Of a stretch of 64,000 nucleotides of DNA, positions 1-11,785 are shown one piece after another. Both the position numbers and the translations under genes were made by a program. The notes below the pieces were generated by a model. That model was given only the letters and a program-made list of their open reading frames with translations. It ran no database searches and had not been told where the DNA came from. The DNA comes from Octopus sinensis. Taxonomy: Eukaryota. Where the stretch lies: assembly GCF_006345805.1 (NCBI RefSeq), contig NC_043003.1, positions 23,622,001 to 23,686,000 on the forward strand, read 5' to 3'. Positions within the stretch are counted from its first letter, which is position 1; the number at the start of each line of letters is the position of its first letter.

Positions 1-284
1 TTTCCAGAGGTGTATTATCCAAACCTCAAAGAATCCCTCCCAAAGCATGGCTATGATGCTCCCCCACTACTTCTGCTTGTGATCAGAGATGAACATATCG
101 TCAGCCACAAAGGGACATGTTCAACTGGATAAGGTCAAATAATTGGAAGGCAAATCTGTGGTATTGAGCAGAATATTTGCTGTAGCCCATCTTTTACACA
201 AAGACAAAACAATGTACATGATAACACTTCCAATCAGTTAAGATCAGAAGCTATGAGAGCCACCGCCTGGTACTGCATCGGGGC

Positions 285-286
<2 letters not shown>
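1..286 (-). mobile_element. Unclassified non-coding interspersed repeat abutting the (TAA)n array, running off the window edge
   Basis: Complex, less AT-rich sequence joined directly to the (ATT)n array at GGGCAT|TTATT. Repeat status is from pattern recognition only; there is no second copy in the window. Confidence 0.4.

Positions 287-342
<56 letters not shown>
287..342. repeat. (ATT/TAA)n microsatellite
   Basis: Perfect trinucleotide run. Confidence 0.97.
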
Positions 343-1071
343 GTCATTTACTTTTAATCTGCATGTTTGATGCAATCACTTGCCGGAGCACACCCAGCGC
401 CCTAGGGCAAGTGAAGGTTAAGAATTGTTGAAATATAGCTGAAAGCTTGGGGAGGGGAAGTAGAGATATATCTCCATGTAATGCAAACACAAACATTTAC
501 ATTGATAGGGTTTTTCTAAGGATGTGGGCAGTACTTGTTAGCACAATCTTTTGGATTTCCTTGAGACATGGTTTTCCAGGGATATTGTCTAGGTGTTTCT
601 GACATCTCTTTTTTATCATACCTAGGGCACCTACAATAACAGGAACAGTTTTTGTTTTAAGATTCCACATCCTCTGTATTTCGATTTCCAGGTCCTTATA
701 TTTACTAAGTTTGTCAAATTCCTTGACAGATACATTTTTATCAGTGGGGACGCTTACTTCTATTAGTCTGCAGGTATTTTCTTCCCTGTCTTTCACAATT
801 ATGTCTGGTCGATTAGCCTTGATCGTTCTGTCAGTGTTGACTGGAAAATCCCAGAGGATGGTGACATCTTTACCTTCAACAACTGGCTGAGGATGGTGTT
901 CATACCAGTTAGCAGGAGTGTCGGATTTGTAGTGTTACATATCTTCCAATGTATATACTGTCCTACCCTATCGTGGCGATTTTTGTATTCGTTTGGTGTC
1001 AGCACAGGACATCCCGAAACGAGATGGTATTGTTTCGTCAAATGTGTCACAGAATCTGCATTTAGGGTCAG
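343..1071 (-). mobile_element. 3' end of an R4/Dong-type non-LTR retrotransposon (CCHC knuckle, restriction-like endonuclease, 3'UTR); frameshifted and cut by the gap
   Basis: Minus-strand frames give DPKCRFCDTFDET..HLVSGC (CCHC), EYKNRHDRVGQYIHWKIC, and ORF 497-796 RLIEVSVPTDKNVSVKEFDKLSKYKDL..VPVIVGALG (RLE C-terminus). The 3'UTR ends in (TAA)n. Confidence 0.88.
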
Positions 1072-1171
1072 NNNNNNNNNNNNNNNNNNNNNNNNNNNNN
1101 NNNNNNNNNNNNNNNNNNNNNNNNNNNNNNNNNNNNNNNNNNNNNNNNNNNNNNNNNNNNNNNNNNNNNNN
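1072..1171. other. Assembly gap (100 N)
   Basis: Run of N; the round length suggests a gap of unknown size. Confidence 1.
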
Positions 1172-2265
1172 GCTATAGAATCTTTGAAGCATAATTGAGG
1201 TTGATTACTATTGATTAGTGTTTAAACTAAAATACGTCCATATATTTCTCTATTTGCAAAGCTATCTTTTAAAGATGTACGTTCTTGTCATATGTGACAG
1301 ACCCGTTAATTTTCAGGTTGGAGATATATCAGTTTAGTATTCACTTAGCGTGATGCTTTATCACACGTGATGTTAGGTAATTCTTAATGGCCTTGTATTC
1401 ACTGCAGGGATTATTACAAACCTCGGTAGTACGTTATATGAATAAATGATTGATATTTGACCAAGTAGTTGATTCTCTTGAACTCTATAATTTCGGAAAA
1501 TTGTACAAAAACTAAGTGTCATTATAGATGCTATAGACGAAACCAAAATAGTCAACAGGTGTACCAGGTCCTGTTGCAATATCTTAGATGCAGTTCACAA
1601 TAGAATTTCTACAAATACTTTTGTATGACTTCTGATATTTAGTTTGGGAAGAGAACAGGTATCATTAATTTCGTTTTTGTATTACTAAGGTATTTGAGAA
1701 CATGATCTGTTCATGAAACAAATATTGTTACTGGATATTATTCAGTATTGGATCAATTTTACATATTAAATTCACGTTTCGACCTTTCATCTACGTACCC
1801 TTTTGTCTTACAGTATCATGTATTCTCATATGTAATCAATCTAAGTTAAAAAATATCTTAATGTAGCATCTCTTATATGCTCATCTATTCCATATAATAT
1901 ACATTGTGTCACATTTCGTTTATATGACTCGTCTAGTGTGTTTCTCTGAGGGATTTTATTAGAGTTCAAACATCTCATGGTCTTAGCACAGCAGCTAGGA
2001 AGAGATTTATAGACGTGCACAACCCATCTATACCACCATTGTTGCTCTACGTAACATGAGCTAACTATTCCGTAGTGTTGAAAAACAACTCATAACAGAT
2101 GTTGTAACCTAGCAGAAGACAAGACCACACAAGTACAATAAATACATGTCAGAGACACCTACATGAAAATGCGAACCCACTGAAGCTAATGAGAAAAGAC
2201 ACCGATGACATCCTCCAGGGATAACCTTATGAAGTGCATCTTAGTTCTGGTCACTTGAAGTAGGC

Positions 2266-2367
2266 AAGAAGAAGAAGAAGAAGAAGAAAAGAAGAAAAGA
2301 AGGAAGGAAGAAAAGAAGAAGAAGAAGAAGAAGAAGAAGAAGAAGCTGAAGAAGAGAAGAAGAAGAA

Positions 2368-2399
<32 letters not shown>

Positions 2400-2596
2400 A
2401 GAAAGAAGGAAGAAGAAGAAGAAGAAGGAGAAAGAAGAAGAGAAGAGAAGAAGAAGAAAGAATAAGAAAAAGAAGAGAAGAAGAGAGAAGAAGAAGGAGA
2501 AGAAGAAGACAGAAGAAGAAGAAGAGAGAAGAAGAGAGAAGAAGAAGAAGAAGAAGAAGAAGAAGAAGAAGAAAGAAGAGAAAGAAGAAGAAGAGA
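2266..2596. repeat. Imperfect (AAG)n purine-rich microsatellite
   Basis: About 330 bp of AAG/AG runs; source of the poly-S/L/F ORFs. Confidence 0.95.
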
Positions 2597-2701
2597 GGAG
2601 GATGAGGAGGCGGATAACAAATTTTCAAAGACAGATTATTAAGTTTATTTTAAGAAAATCACTCGTAATTCACATAAAACTTCACTGTATGTTACGAATT
2701 T

Positions 2702-3252
2702 AAAGAAATAGGTATTTCGTCTGCCGTTACGTTCTGAGTTCAAATTCCGCCGAGGTCGGCTTTGCGTTGCATCCTTTCGGGGTCGATAAAATAAGTACCA
2801 GTTACGCACTGGTGTCCATATAATCAACTTAATCCGTTTGTCTGTCCTTGTTTGTCCCCTCTGTATGTAGCCCCTTGTGGGCAGTAAAGAAATCAGAAAC
2901 GTTAGCACACCGGGCGAAATGCTTAGCGGTAGTTCGTCTTCCGCTACGTTCTGAGTTCAAATTCCGCCGAGGTCGACTTTGCCTTTCATCCTTGCGGGGT
3001 CGATAAATTAATTACCAGTTACGCACTGACGGTCGATGTAATCGACGTAATACCTGTGTCTGTCTTTGTTAGTCCCCTCTGTGTTTAGCCCCTTGTGGGT
3101 AGTAAAGAAATAGGTATTTCAACTGTCTTTACGTTCTGAGTCGACTTTTCCTTTCATCCTTTCAGGGTCGATAAATTAAGTACCGAGATCAATCTAATCG
3201 ACTGACCCCCTCCCCCCAAAGTTCAGGCCTTGTGCTTAGAATACAAAAGATT
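2702..3252 (+). mobile_element. SINE family A, head-truncated trimer
   Basis: Three tandem units with B-box GTTCAAATTCC (deleted in unit 3) and core GCCTTTCATCCTTTCGGGGTCGATAAA. The last unit has the CCCCTCCCC..GGCCTTGTGC tail. Confidence 0.88.
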
Positions 3253-3494
3253 ATAGTAGATATTTTAATTCCTAGTTACAGTGAGTGCGGATCTTTTTTT
3301 AACATCCAGCGATCACAGGAATACAGGAAGTTATCTTTAGATGCAAGTACTGATTAATAGAAATAATGGCTACATAGACCCTGTACGCAGAAGGTTATTT
3401 ATTCGAGCCCTTAATGTATGAAAGGAAGAATGGACTTTGGCAGAAATTCTACGACAAGGCGGACCAAATGCGGCTAAACATTTTGACCGGTGTT

Positions 3495-3738
3495 CTAACA
3501 ATTGTGCTTGCTCGCATTTATATATAATATAAATGTGACCTCGTGTGTACCGTTGGCGATTTTTCCCCTCTGTCTTCCCTTCTCTTTCCTTCTCCTATGT
3601 TTCCGACGAAGAGCTCCGCTCGAAACGTTAATCCCTCCTTCTTCCCTTCTTTCCTGAGCGTCCAATAATACTATATCTGTTCCACGTCCTCGCGTTGTTG
3701 TGTTTTTTTTGTGTGTTTTCTTGTTTGGATTAACTATA
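3495..3738 (+). mobile_element. Short (TA)n-terminated element with a variant hammerhead-like motif (3603-3630)
   Basis: CCGACGA-A-GAGC-TCC-GCTC-GAAAC-GTTA, then about 110 nt of T-rich sequence ending in (TA)n. The same motif type occurs at 41726. Confidence 0.5.
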
Positions 3739-3747
3739 TATGTATAT

Positions 3748-3786
<39 letters not shown>

Positions 3787-3789
3787 ATG

Positions 3790-3978
3790 TGTGTATATGT
3801 TTGTGTGTCTGTGTTTATTCCCCCAACATCGCTTGACAACCGATGCTGGTGTGTTTACGTCCCCGTAACTTAGCGGTGCGGCAAAAGAGATCACTAGAAT
3901 AAGTCCGGGATCGATTTGCTCGACTAAAGGTGTTGCTCCAGCATGGCCACAGTCAAATGACTGAAACAAATAAAAGAG
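3790..3978 (+). mobile_element. SINE family B, 3' half
   Basis: CCCCCAACATCGCTTGACAACCGATGCTGG..CAGTCAAATGACTGAAACAAATAAAAGAG matches the copies at 13701, 21442 and 56312. Confidence 0.88.
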
Positions 3979-4782
3979 TATATGTATGTATGTATGTATA
4001 TGTGAGTGTGTAAGCGCACATGTATATGTGTGTGTATGTGCTTCTTTTTAATGGGAAGATATTTACGTTTATATTTCTTTTCCACGTTCATTCTTTTTGT
4101 GTCTTTTTTCTTTCATTTACTGTTATACACGATATTTATCCATAGATTTTTTTGATATTACATATCACATCCATGTTTTATTTCGTAATACACATTTATA
4201 TTACATGCCCTTGGCATTCTCGAAATCCACTTTATCATATAATGAATAATATTTCCGCTCCTGTTTGTCTGTTGAATAATGGAATCTGTCGGATTTTTTT
4301 TTTCTGAATAGTTACATCAAGAATCTATAGATCCGCTTAAATACAAAAATACAAAAACATCATCACATATTCAAGTAATAAAATCACCGCATAGCATGCC
4401 GTTAGATTTTGTTGGGTCAAGCAACTTAGACTGGAATAAAGCTTACATTGCGGTGCCAACTTCTGACATCTCTGGTATATTTTTTTCATGCGTATTGTAT
4501 TTTTAACTTTGATCGGACGAATATATTTATAAAGAAAAAGTACATTAATTACCAAATCTCGTAATTGAACTTTTTCTCCATAATATCTCCCGCCCTGACA
4601 TCCTGAATATTTTTTTTTATCTAACAAAAAAAAAAAAGATAAAACGTCTAGAGAGATTTCGTGACTGCAGAGTATGTCCTCGCATCATGACAGATTTGTA
4701 CTATAAGATCGTTATCTATTTTGAGTTTGTGGAGATTAATTGAGCATTTTATCCACAATGCGTTGCTATGACCAACACCACT

Positions 4783-4828
4783 ACCATTACCACAACCACC
4801 ACCATTATCATCATAATCATCATCATCG

Positions 4829-4879
<51 letters not shown>

Positions 4880-4880
4880 C
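4783..4880. repeat. (CAC/CAT)n microsatellite
   Basis: Trinucleotide run; source of the poly-His/Ile/Met ORFs. Confidence 0.95.
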
Positions 4881-5006
4881 AACCCTGATTGTGCTGGCCA
4901 TCAACATGAAGGACATCATTTCCATCATTAACAATTCTACATTCTTTCCTGTATTATCTTTCATAATTATCAACATCACCATCATAGTTAAAAGAATACA
5001 AGTATA

Positions 5007-5641
5007 AGGTGGCGAGCTGGCAGAATCGTTAGCACGCCGTGCGAAATGCTTAGCATTATTTCGTCTGCCGTTACGTTCTGAGTTCAAATTCCGCCGAAGT
5101 CGACTTTGCCTTTCATCCTTTCGGGGTCGATTAAATAAGTACCAGTCACACACTGGGGTCGATATAAATGACTTAATCCGTTTGTCTGTCCTTGTTTGTT
5201 CTCTCTGTGTTTAGCCCCTTGTTGGTAGTAAAGAAATAGGTATTTCGTCTGCCGTTACGTTCTGAGTTCAAATTCCGCCGAGGTCGACTTTGCCTTTCAT
5301 TATTTCGGGTTCGATTAAATAAGTACCAGTTACGCACTGGAGTCGATATAATCGACTTAATCCGTTTGCTTGTCCTTGTTTGTCCCCTCTGTGTGTAGTC
5401 CCTTGTGGGCAATAAATAAATAAGAAACGTTAGCACGCTGGGCGAAACGCTCAGCAGTATTTCGCCTGCTGTCACGTTCTGAGTTCAAATTCCGTCGAGG
5501 TCGACACTGCCTTTTATCCTTTTGGAATCAATTAAAGAAGCACCAGCTACGCACTGGAGAGTAAATGTAATCGACTTAATCCCTTTGTTTGTCCTTGTTT
5601 ATCCCCTCTATGTTTAGCCCCCTTTAGGTAATAAAGAAATC
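5007..5641 (+). mobile_element. SINE family A trimer with a 12-bp target-site duplication
   Basis: tRNA-like head GGCGAGCTGGCAGAATCG plus 3 units, flanked by AATACAAGTATA at 4995-5006 and 5642-5653. Confidence 0.92.
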
Positions 5642-6089
5642 AATACAAGTATATCTAGGAGTAAACACCATATTTCATATAATATTACACCATTACACTT
5701 AGACTCTTATTTCAGTAGTGCAGTTGTGTGCATTCCTGTTGTTTTTATTGTGGCTTAGCTCGTGGTACGTCCTGATAATGCAGACATACGAATAAAAGCG
5801 CCCAGTGAGGATCATCCGGTTTAATTTATTTTCATAAATACTCCATCTTGGATTTTATTCAGTATATCATTTATTATTTTATGCCGTTCCGTGTGGTATG
5901 AGTAATATTTGGTAGCAGTCTCTAGCGGATCAATTGGGTATCGCCATTGTCACGCCTTTGAAAAACATAGAAACTGCTTGGGCTTTGTAAGTAGTGCAAT
6001 GAATTTAACTATTTATTACCGAACCATTTTCATTCTCACATAATATATTCTATGTATGGTTACGTTATAGGTAGTGGGTAGCCATTTTC

Positions 6090-6480
6090 TTTACTACTTC
6101 AGGGAGTGACGACTCTGCCTGACACTTGTCCCGGGCTCCGGCTGACAGTGCCCGGTATAGGCCCCTATCCGGGGTTGCGGAAAGGAGAAAACCTTCAAAC
6201 AAATCCGGAGTGGAACCCCGTAAGTGGTTTAGTGTTCGACTCGACACTCTTCCCGCAGCTCCTGAAACCAAGCTGGTGCCAAACGTAATGCTGCTCTACA
6301 CTCCTTTGGACTACATTAGCAAGGTCGAGAGAGGATTTCTGACGATTGGGCTACCCAGGATTTTCTTACATCTAGCCCAGGCCTGCGCAAAACTGGAGAG
6401 GACATGAACTATAAAAACCAAACTGGATTAGTTTATGCGAAACTCCATTGTCTCCGAGAAAGAAGGATGCCAACAATGGT
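6090..6480 (+). mobile_element. GC-rich segment resembling the 5'UTR of an RTE-clade LINE
   Basis: GC-rich island containing GGAAAGGAGAAAACCTTCAAAC, reminiscent of RTE 5' regions. No coding support. Confidence 0.3.
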
Positions 6481-7463
6481 TACAGTATCACATTTGTAAG
6501 ACCCTGATATAGTATTTAAGGGAAATAACGATGCAAACACCCAGAAAAGTAAATTTATAGTCTTGATTATTTGAGCGCAATGTAGAAAGATGAAGTTATA
6601 CTCCTTCCATAATTACTATTTATTATTTGTTAACATTATATACTTAATACTCGCCATAGCCCTTTTTGTATATAACACATCTCTATACTTTCTATAACAT
6701 TTCCCTATTACCATACAACCGTTAATTGTATAGTAGTAGTGAAAGGTTATGTATTATATATAGCTGTATTTTCACCCTATTTGAAAGCAATATTCAACCA
6801 TCATTTTCTTGCCTATGTCCATCTAGTGTTGATTGCTTCGGTTATATTTCGAATAGAGTTGTTTTTCATGCTTTAGACGAAAGACTTACTCCATAATATG
6901 CCTTTCCACTACAACTTGGTCATAGCTGCCTTTAACAGATTTCGTTCTTTTGTAAGTATTTAGGCCGGGTCACAGGTACGAGATCATGTTTTGCCCTCCA
7001 TCTCACCCCTCTCAAGCTGCCCAAAGTGTCATGCACACTACCTTCCTTCTGGAACAAAATACGAAAAACATATTTGACATTTTTGCAGGTACAAACTCTA
7101 ACTTTTATAGTCTCTGCAGATTCATATTACCATATGCAAAATTCCGACATTTTGTTCTCTACTATATTTATATATAAATAATAGTGTTTGTCCTATCTTA
7201 GTTTCTAAATATACGGTATTTTGTGGGTGGGGGTTGTTATGTATTTGGTTTGAAAATCCCAAATAATTTTTTAATGTCTTCTCAGTTAGGAAATATGAAG
7301 GGAATTTATCAATTTATCATAAATGTATTTGCTTTTTCCTAAATTACAGAGCTTTATGAATAAATTATATCTACATACGTGAAATATATAAATCTATCTG
7401 AATAAAATAGAAGCTGTAAATTGTAGATTCCATTATCTGGTTGAAATATATCGATAACTTATC

Positions 7464-7677
7464 TTTCTAATTTTGGCATAAGGACATCAGTTTTAAAGGG
7501 AGGGATAAGCCTATTATGTGACTCTCAATGTTCAACGGATTTGTATTTTATCGACCACGAAAGGATGAAATGTCAATCGACCTCACCGGAATTTGTACTC
7601 AGAGCCTAAGGAGCCGTAAGAAATGTGGCAAAGTATTTTCTCCGACGCACAAACGATTCTGTCCGCTAACCACCTCA
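7464..7677 (-). mobile_element. SINE family A, old diverged monomer
   Basis: Reverse complement of the core (ATCGACCACGAAAGGATGAAA..GGAATTTGTACTCAGA). Confidence 0.75.
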
Positions 7678-7753
7678 TAAGCATTGATAAAATTGACAGA
7701 AGCGTTAGAATTACCTTTCAGAAAGTAATGGGATCTCACAGTATCTACAATTA

Positions 7754-8319
7754 TTGGGTTGTCCGGAAAGTTCGTGCTGATTTATAGTAGCTTAAATTTC
7801 GACTTATTTTAGAACATGGTTGAGTCCATAAAATAAGATTTGACTACACCTCCATTTAGAGCACAGTTTAAGCTATCTTTTCGTGGAAGAAGGTTTATGT
7901 TCCTATACACTGTGTTAATTCTGTAACCCTTTAAAAGGGAAGATAAGAAAGTTCATTTTCGGCACTTGATGCTTTGGGAACCAGACAAAAATTGCTGAAG
8001 CTCGGCTGGGATGTGTTACCCCACCCTCCATATTCACCAGATATTGCTCCTTCGGATTTCCACTTATTCAGGTCACTGCAGAATAGTCTTAATGGTAAAA
8101 ATTTCAATTCCTTGGATGACGTACAAAGATACCTTGATGAATTTTTTGCCCTGAAACCACCTCAATTCTGGGAAGAAGGTATTTTTAAGTTAAAGGAAAG
8201 ATGGAGACGCATTGCGCAACAAAATGGTTCATATTTTGTTGATTAAAAATGTAATGGCAAGTATTTATTGACCTTTTACTTTTCTTTACAAGTCGGCATG
8301 AACTTTCTGGACAACCAAA
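7754..8319 (+). mobile_element. Internally deleted non-autonomous mariner (DD34D family)
   Basis: TA|TTGGGTTGTCCGGAAAGTTCGTG..CATGAACTTTCTGGACAACCAAA|TA inverted termini. N-terminus (x)EDKKVHFRHLMLWE is fused to C-terminus LGWDVLPHPPYSPDIAPSDFHLF. Confidence 0.93.
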
Positions 8320-8341
8320 TAGTTTACACGGTGACAGACCT

Positions 8342-8559
<218 letters not shown>

Positions 8560-10504
8560 CTGCTGTACATGTCATTTGGTGCCCTTATAAATATTTACCA
8601 TACAGAAAGCTTTTCGAACTCCTTCCTTAGAACATCTCACTCCGCTTCAAGTTCTCTGTTTCTCTCAATCTGTTTCCAGTGAGTTTGTAAAAACATTGCT
8701 TTATCCCTCTATTTTTTTCTGCTACCCTTCTTTAAAATGCACTTTAATTATCCTTCTTTGTGTATGAGATTGAATGATTTGAGATTTTGATAATTTCACC
8801 ACACCTTGAAGTCTGTTCTGAATCTTCCTTTTATATTTTTTGCCAAATAGAAGCTAAATGATGATCGTTTCAGATGAGATTTAGGTTGATCGAGCTGGCC
8901 ATATGATAAGGCAAGTACTAAGTGAGTGCAGACTTGCATGCATGTGAATACATACGGCTCTATGTTTGTGTATAGATATACCTTGGTCCACTAAAGTTTA
9001 ATCGATTACTGTTCTAATTAATAAGTCATATAGCGATATTGCTCAACACTATACTGTATCATTTCTATGTATGTACTTAGGCGTGTAAATCTTTGTGGCC
9101 ATTTTAGACCCACCAGCGAAATTTAGAATTTAATTCAAGAAGAAAGAGGAAGACATTGTCTTTCGGAGCAAATATTTCGTATGGTTCTTTCTGTACAGCA
9201 CTTTATTTCTGGAACAACATCTGGATATATTTTGAACACCAAAACTCTGAATCCGCCCGCAAAACTTGATTGAGGAATTATGTGATCATCTATGAAAGAT
9301 AAAAGAAGGATATATTATTATATAAACCCAAACTAAACTTGAAGTACTCAATACAGCTATTATAAACAACTACGTCTTTATGGATTACACTGTAGTAAGT
9401 GTTTCAAAAAGTTTCCAACACCGAAAGCGTTAAAACGCAATACGAATATTTATTTCTAAAAGGTTCCTGGCATTGTATTTTTGCTTTGAATTTTTACATA
9501 GTTAATTGTGCTTAATTTACGAGAATCAATATTTAAATATTGTAAGTTTATCAAGTATTCTGTACAAAGACTTACATACATAGATACACACATACATACA
9601 TACATATATGCATACATACATACATACATACGTAGAAACATACCTACATACATATGCACATTTAAGTATATGCTTATTCACAAAATGCACGTGCATCCAT
9701 TTACTTATTCATACATACAAAAATATATATACATAGTCTATATACGATATGCGCGCGTGTGTGTGTGTGTATGTGTGTGTGTATGTGTATACATGCAAAA
9801 TTATTATTTTTCCATAAACTTTTTCCTGCTATTATAAGACAACAAAGCCGGTGGGAGGGGTTATTTGGACACTTAAAATGATTCAAGAAAATAAAACGAA
9901 CGAAAAAATTTGTCCGTATATTAAAAGTTATTGGGTTTTGTAGAGAAATAATGAAGAAACAATTTGGAAGCGGGAGACTTTCATTGAATATCGGAAGCAA
10001 CATATAAAAGCTTAATTTGATGAAATGGCTGAAATATATTTTTGACATAAATGTTGACAGCTAGAAATATAATTCCAACATAACTAAGTGCTATTGAATT
10101 ATTCTAATACACATCATAATAGAGAGTACTGCGACCAGCTTGAAAAAGCAGAAGGTTGGCGCTAGCGGGATAAACAAGCTGTTGGATATTTCGTTCGTAT
10201 ACATCTATGCACGATTGGCAGTGATTTCGAAGTTTTGGGCAGCTAAGCCGTCGTCCAACAATGGGTTAGCTGACTAAGCCTGAGTCAGATCTATGGTTAA
10301 ATTGAGGATTTGGTAATTACATATATGAAATAACTTTTCAAAAGTTGGTACTTTCCTTGTTACTTTACCTCACTGTAGAAGATACGTTATGGAACCAAGC
10401 TATTTCTGGCGTCCAACGTGTTGATGTGCCTAGATTCTCGAGAATAGTGCAACTGAGCTTTCTCTCTCTGCCTCTGTCTATCTGTCTGTCTCTCTCTATC
10501 TCTC

Positions 10505-10535
<31 letters not shown>

Positions 10536-10552
10536 ATATATATATATATATA

Positions 10553-11256
10553 TATTAATCAACATAAGGGTAGTAAAAATTCAATAGAAAATTTAATTAG
10601 GCTGATTTGCCAAAACGTACGTCGAAACAATGCATTGTCCAAGGATTATTAGGGTAAATGTTTTTGATTTTCCTTTGATTTCTGAATTACTACTATTTAG
10701 CGGTTTGAGTTTGGCTGCTCTTTCTGGTGAGTCGAATGGCCTATCAGGGCCATTCCTTAATATTTTTGAAATTATATATATATAGCCTGTGACTATTTTC
10801 TCATTCTCACTAGACCGCTGGTGGCAAAAAAAAATTCTATTGAATTTTTGCTACCCTTAGATTGATTAATTAATGATTTTTTGACTACTTCTGAAATTAA
10901 ATCAGCAGTTTATATTTGCTGCTGATAAGTTGGAGCGATTACAGTAGATTTTGAAAATTTAGAGTATATATTCCCGAGGCATCGATGAGGCTGCCTCGTG
11001 GAATATTTATTCCTCCTGGCCTCCTTGCCGATGAGACAAGCCAGAGGTAGATTGACTTGATTAAATTAAATTTAATTTAATTAGGCTGGTTTGCCAAAAA
11101 AGTACGTCCAAACAATGCATTGTCCAAGGATTATTAGGGTAAATGTTTTTAATTTTCCTTTGATTTCTGAATTACTACTATTTAGCGGTTTGAGTTTTGG
11201 CTCTTTCTGGTGAGTCGAATGGCCTATCAGGGCCATTCATTAATAATGTTGGAATT
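10553..11256 (+). mobile_element. PLE-type non-autonomous element: two 183-bp direct repeats, a 5' inverted segment and a hammerhead, bounded by (TA)n
   Basis: 10590-10773 is repeated at 11074-11256 and both copies end in TA runs. 10553-10593 is the reverse complement of 10831-10872. Confidence 0.7.
11022..11130 (+). ncRNA. Type I hammerhead ribozyme motif (two core substitutions)
   Basis: Stem I TCCTTG/CAAGGA; core CCGATGA; stem II closed by GAC..GTC; CAAAC (GAAAC in the copy at 10624); palindromic stem III AATGCATT; GTC cleavage triplet at 11122-11124. Confidence 0.72.
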
Positions 11257-11339
11257 ATATATATCTATATATATATAGATATATATATATATATAATATA
11301 TATATATATTATATATATATATAATATATATATATATAT

Positions 11340-11410
<71 letters not shown>

Positions 11411-11602
11411 CATACATATATATATATACATACATAATACACACATTCATACATGTAATTATTATATATATATATATAATATATATATATATATATGTAT
11501 GTATATATATATGCATGTATATATATATATATGTATGTTGTATGTATGCATGCATGTATATATATATATATGTATGTTTGTATGTATGCATGCATGTATA
11601 TA
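11257..11602. repeat. Compound (TA)n/(GATA)n/(TATG)n microsatellite
   Basis: Directly visible. Confidence 0.95.
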
Positions 11603-11750
11603 TAGAAATATAAAAGGAGCAAAAACCTGGAAAATCAATATACACCATGTGGCAAAATTATAATTTGAAAATACATCGAGAGCATTTATAAAAAGTGGAA
11701 GAGAAATGCCTTCATTTCACATAGTTAAATATCCTTTTCTAAAAGAATTC

Positions 11751-11785
<35 letters not shown>

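Noticed and set aside
1770-1930. Minus-strand AGATGA..GTCGAAACG and AGACGAGTC..ACGAAAT motifs
   Set aside because: The cores and stems are too degenerate to separate from chance.
1980-2265. Possible LINE/SINE 3' end with an (AAG)n tail
   Set aside because: No coding motif, second copy or TSD supports it.
4740-4931. His-rich ORF resembling a metal-binding peptide
   Set aside because: The His tract is a (CAT/CAC)n microsatellite, with no splice or homology support.
2702-5641. Regularly spaced roughly 200-bp repeats, superficially array- or CRISPR-like
   Set aside because: The units are contiguous SINE copies without unique spacers, the context is eukaryotic, and there are no cas genes.
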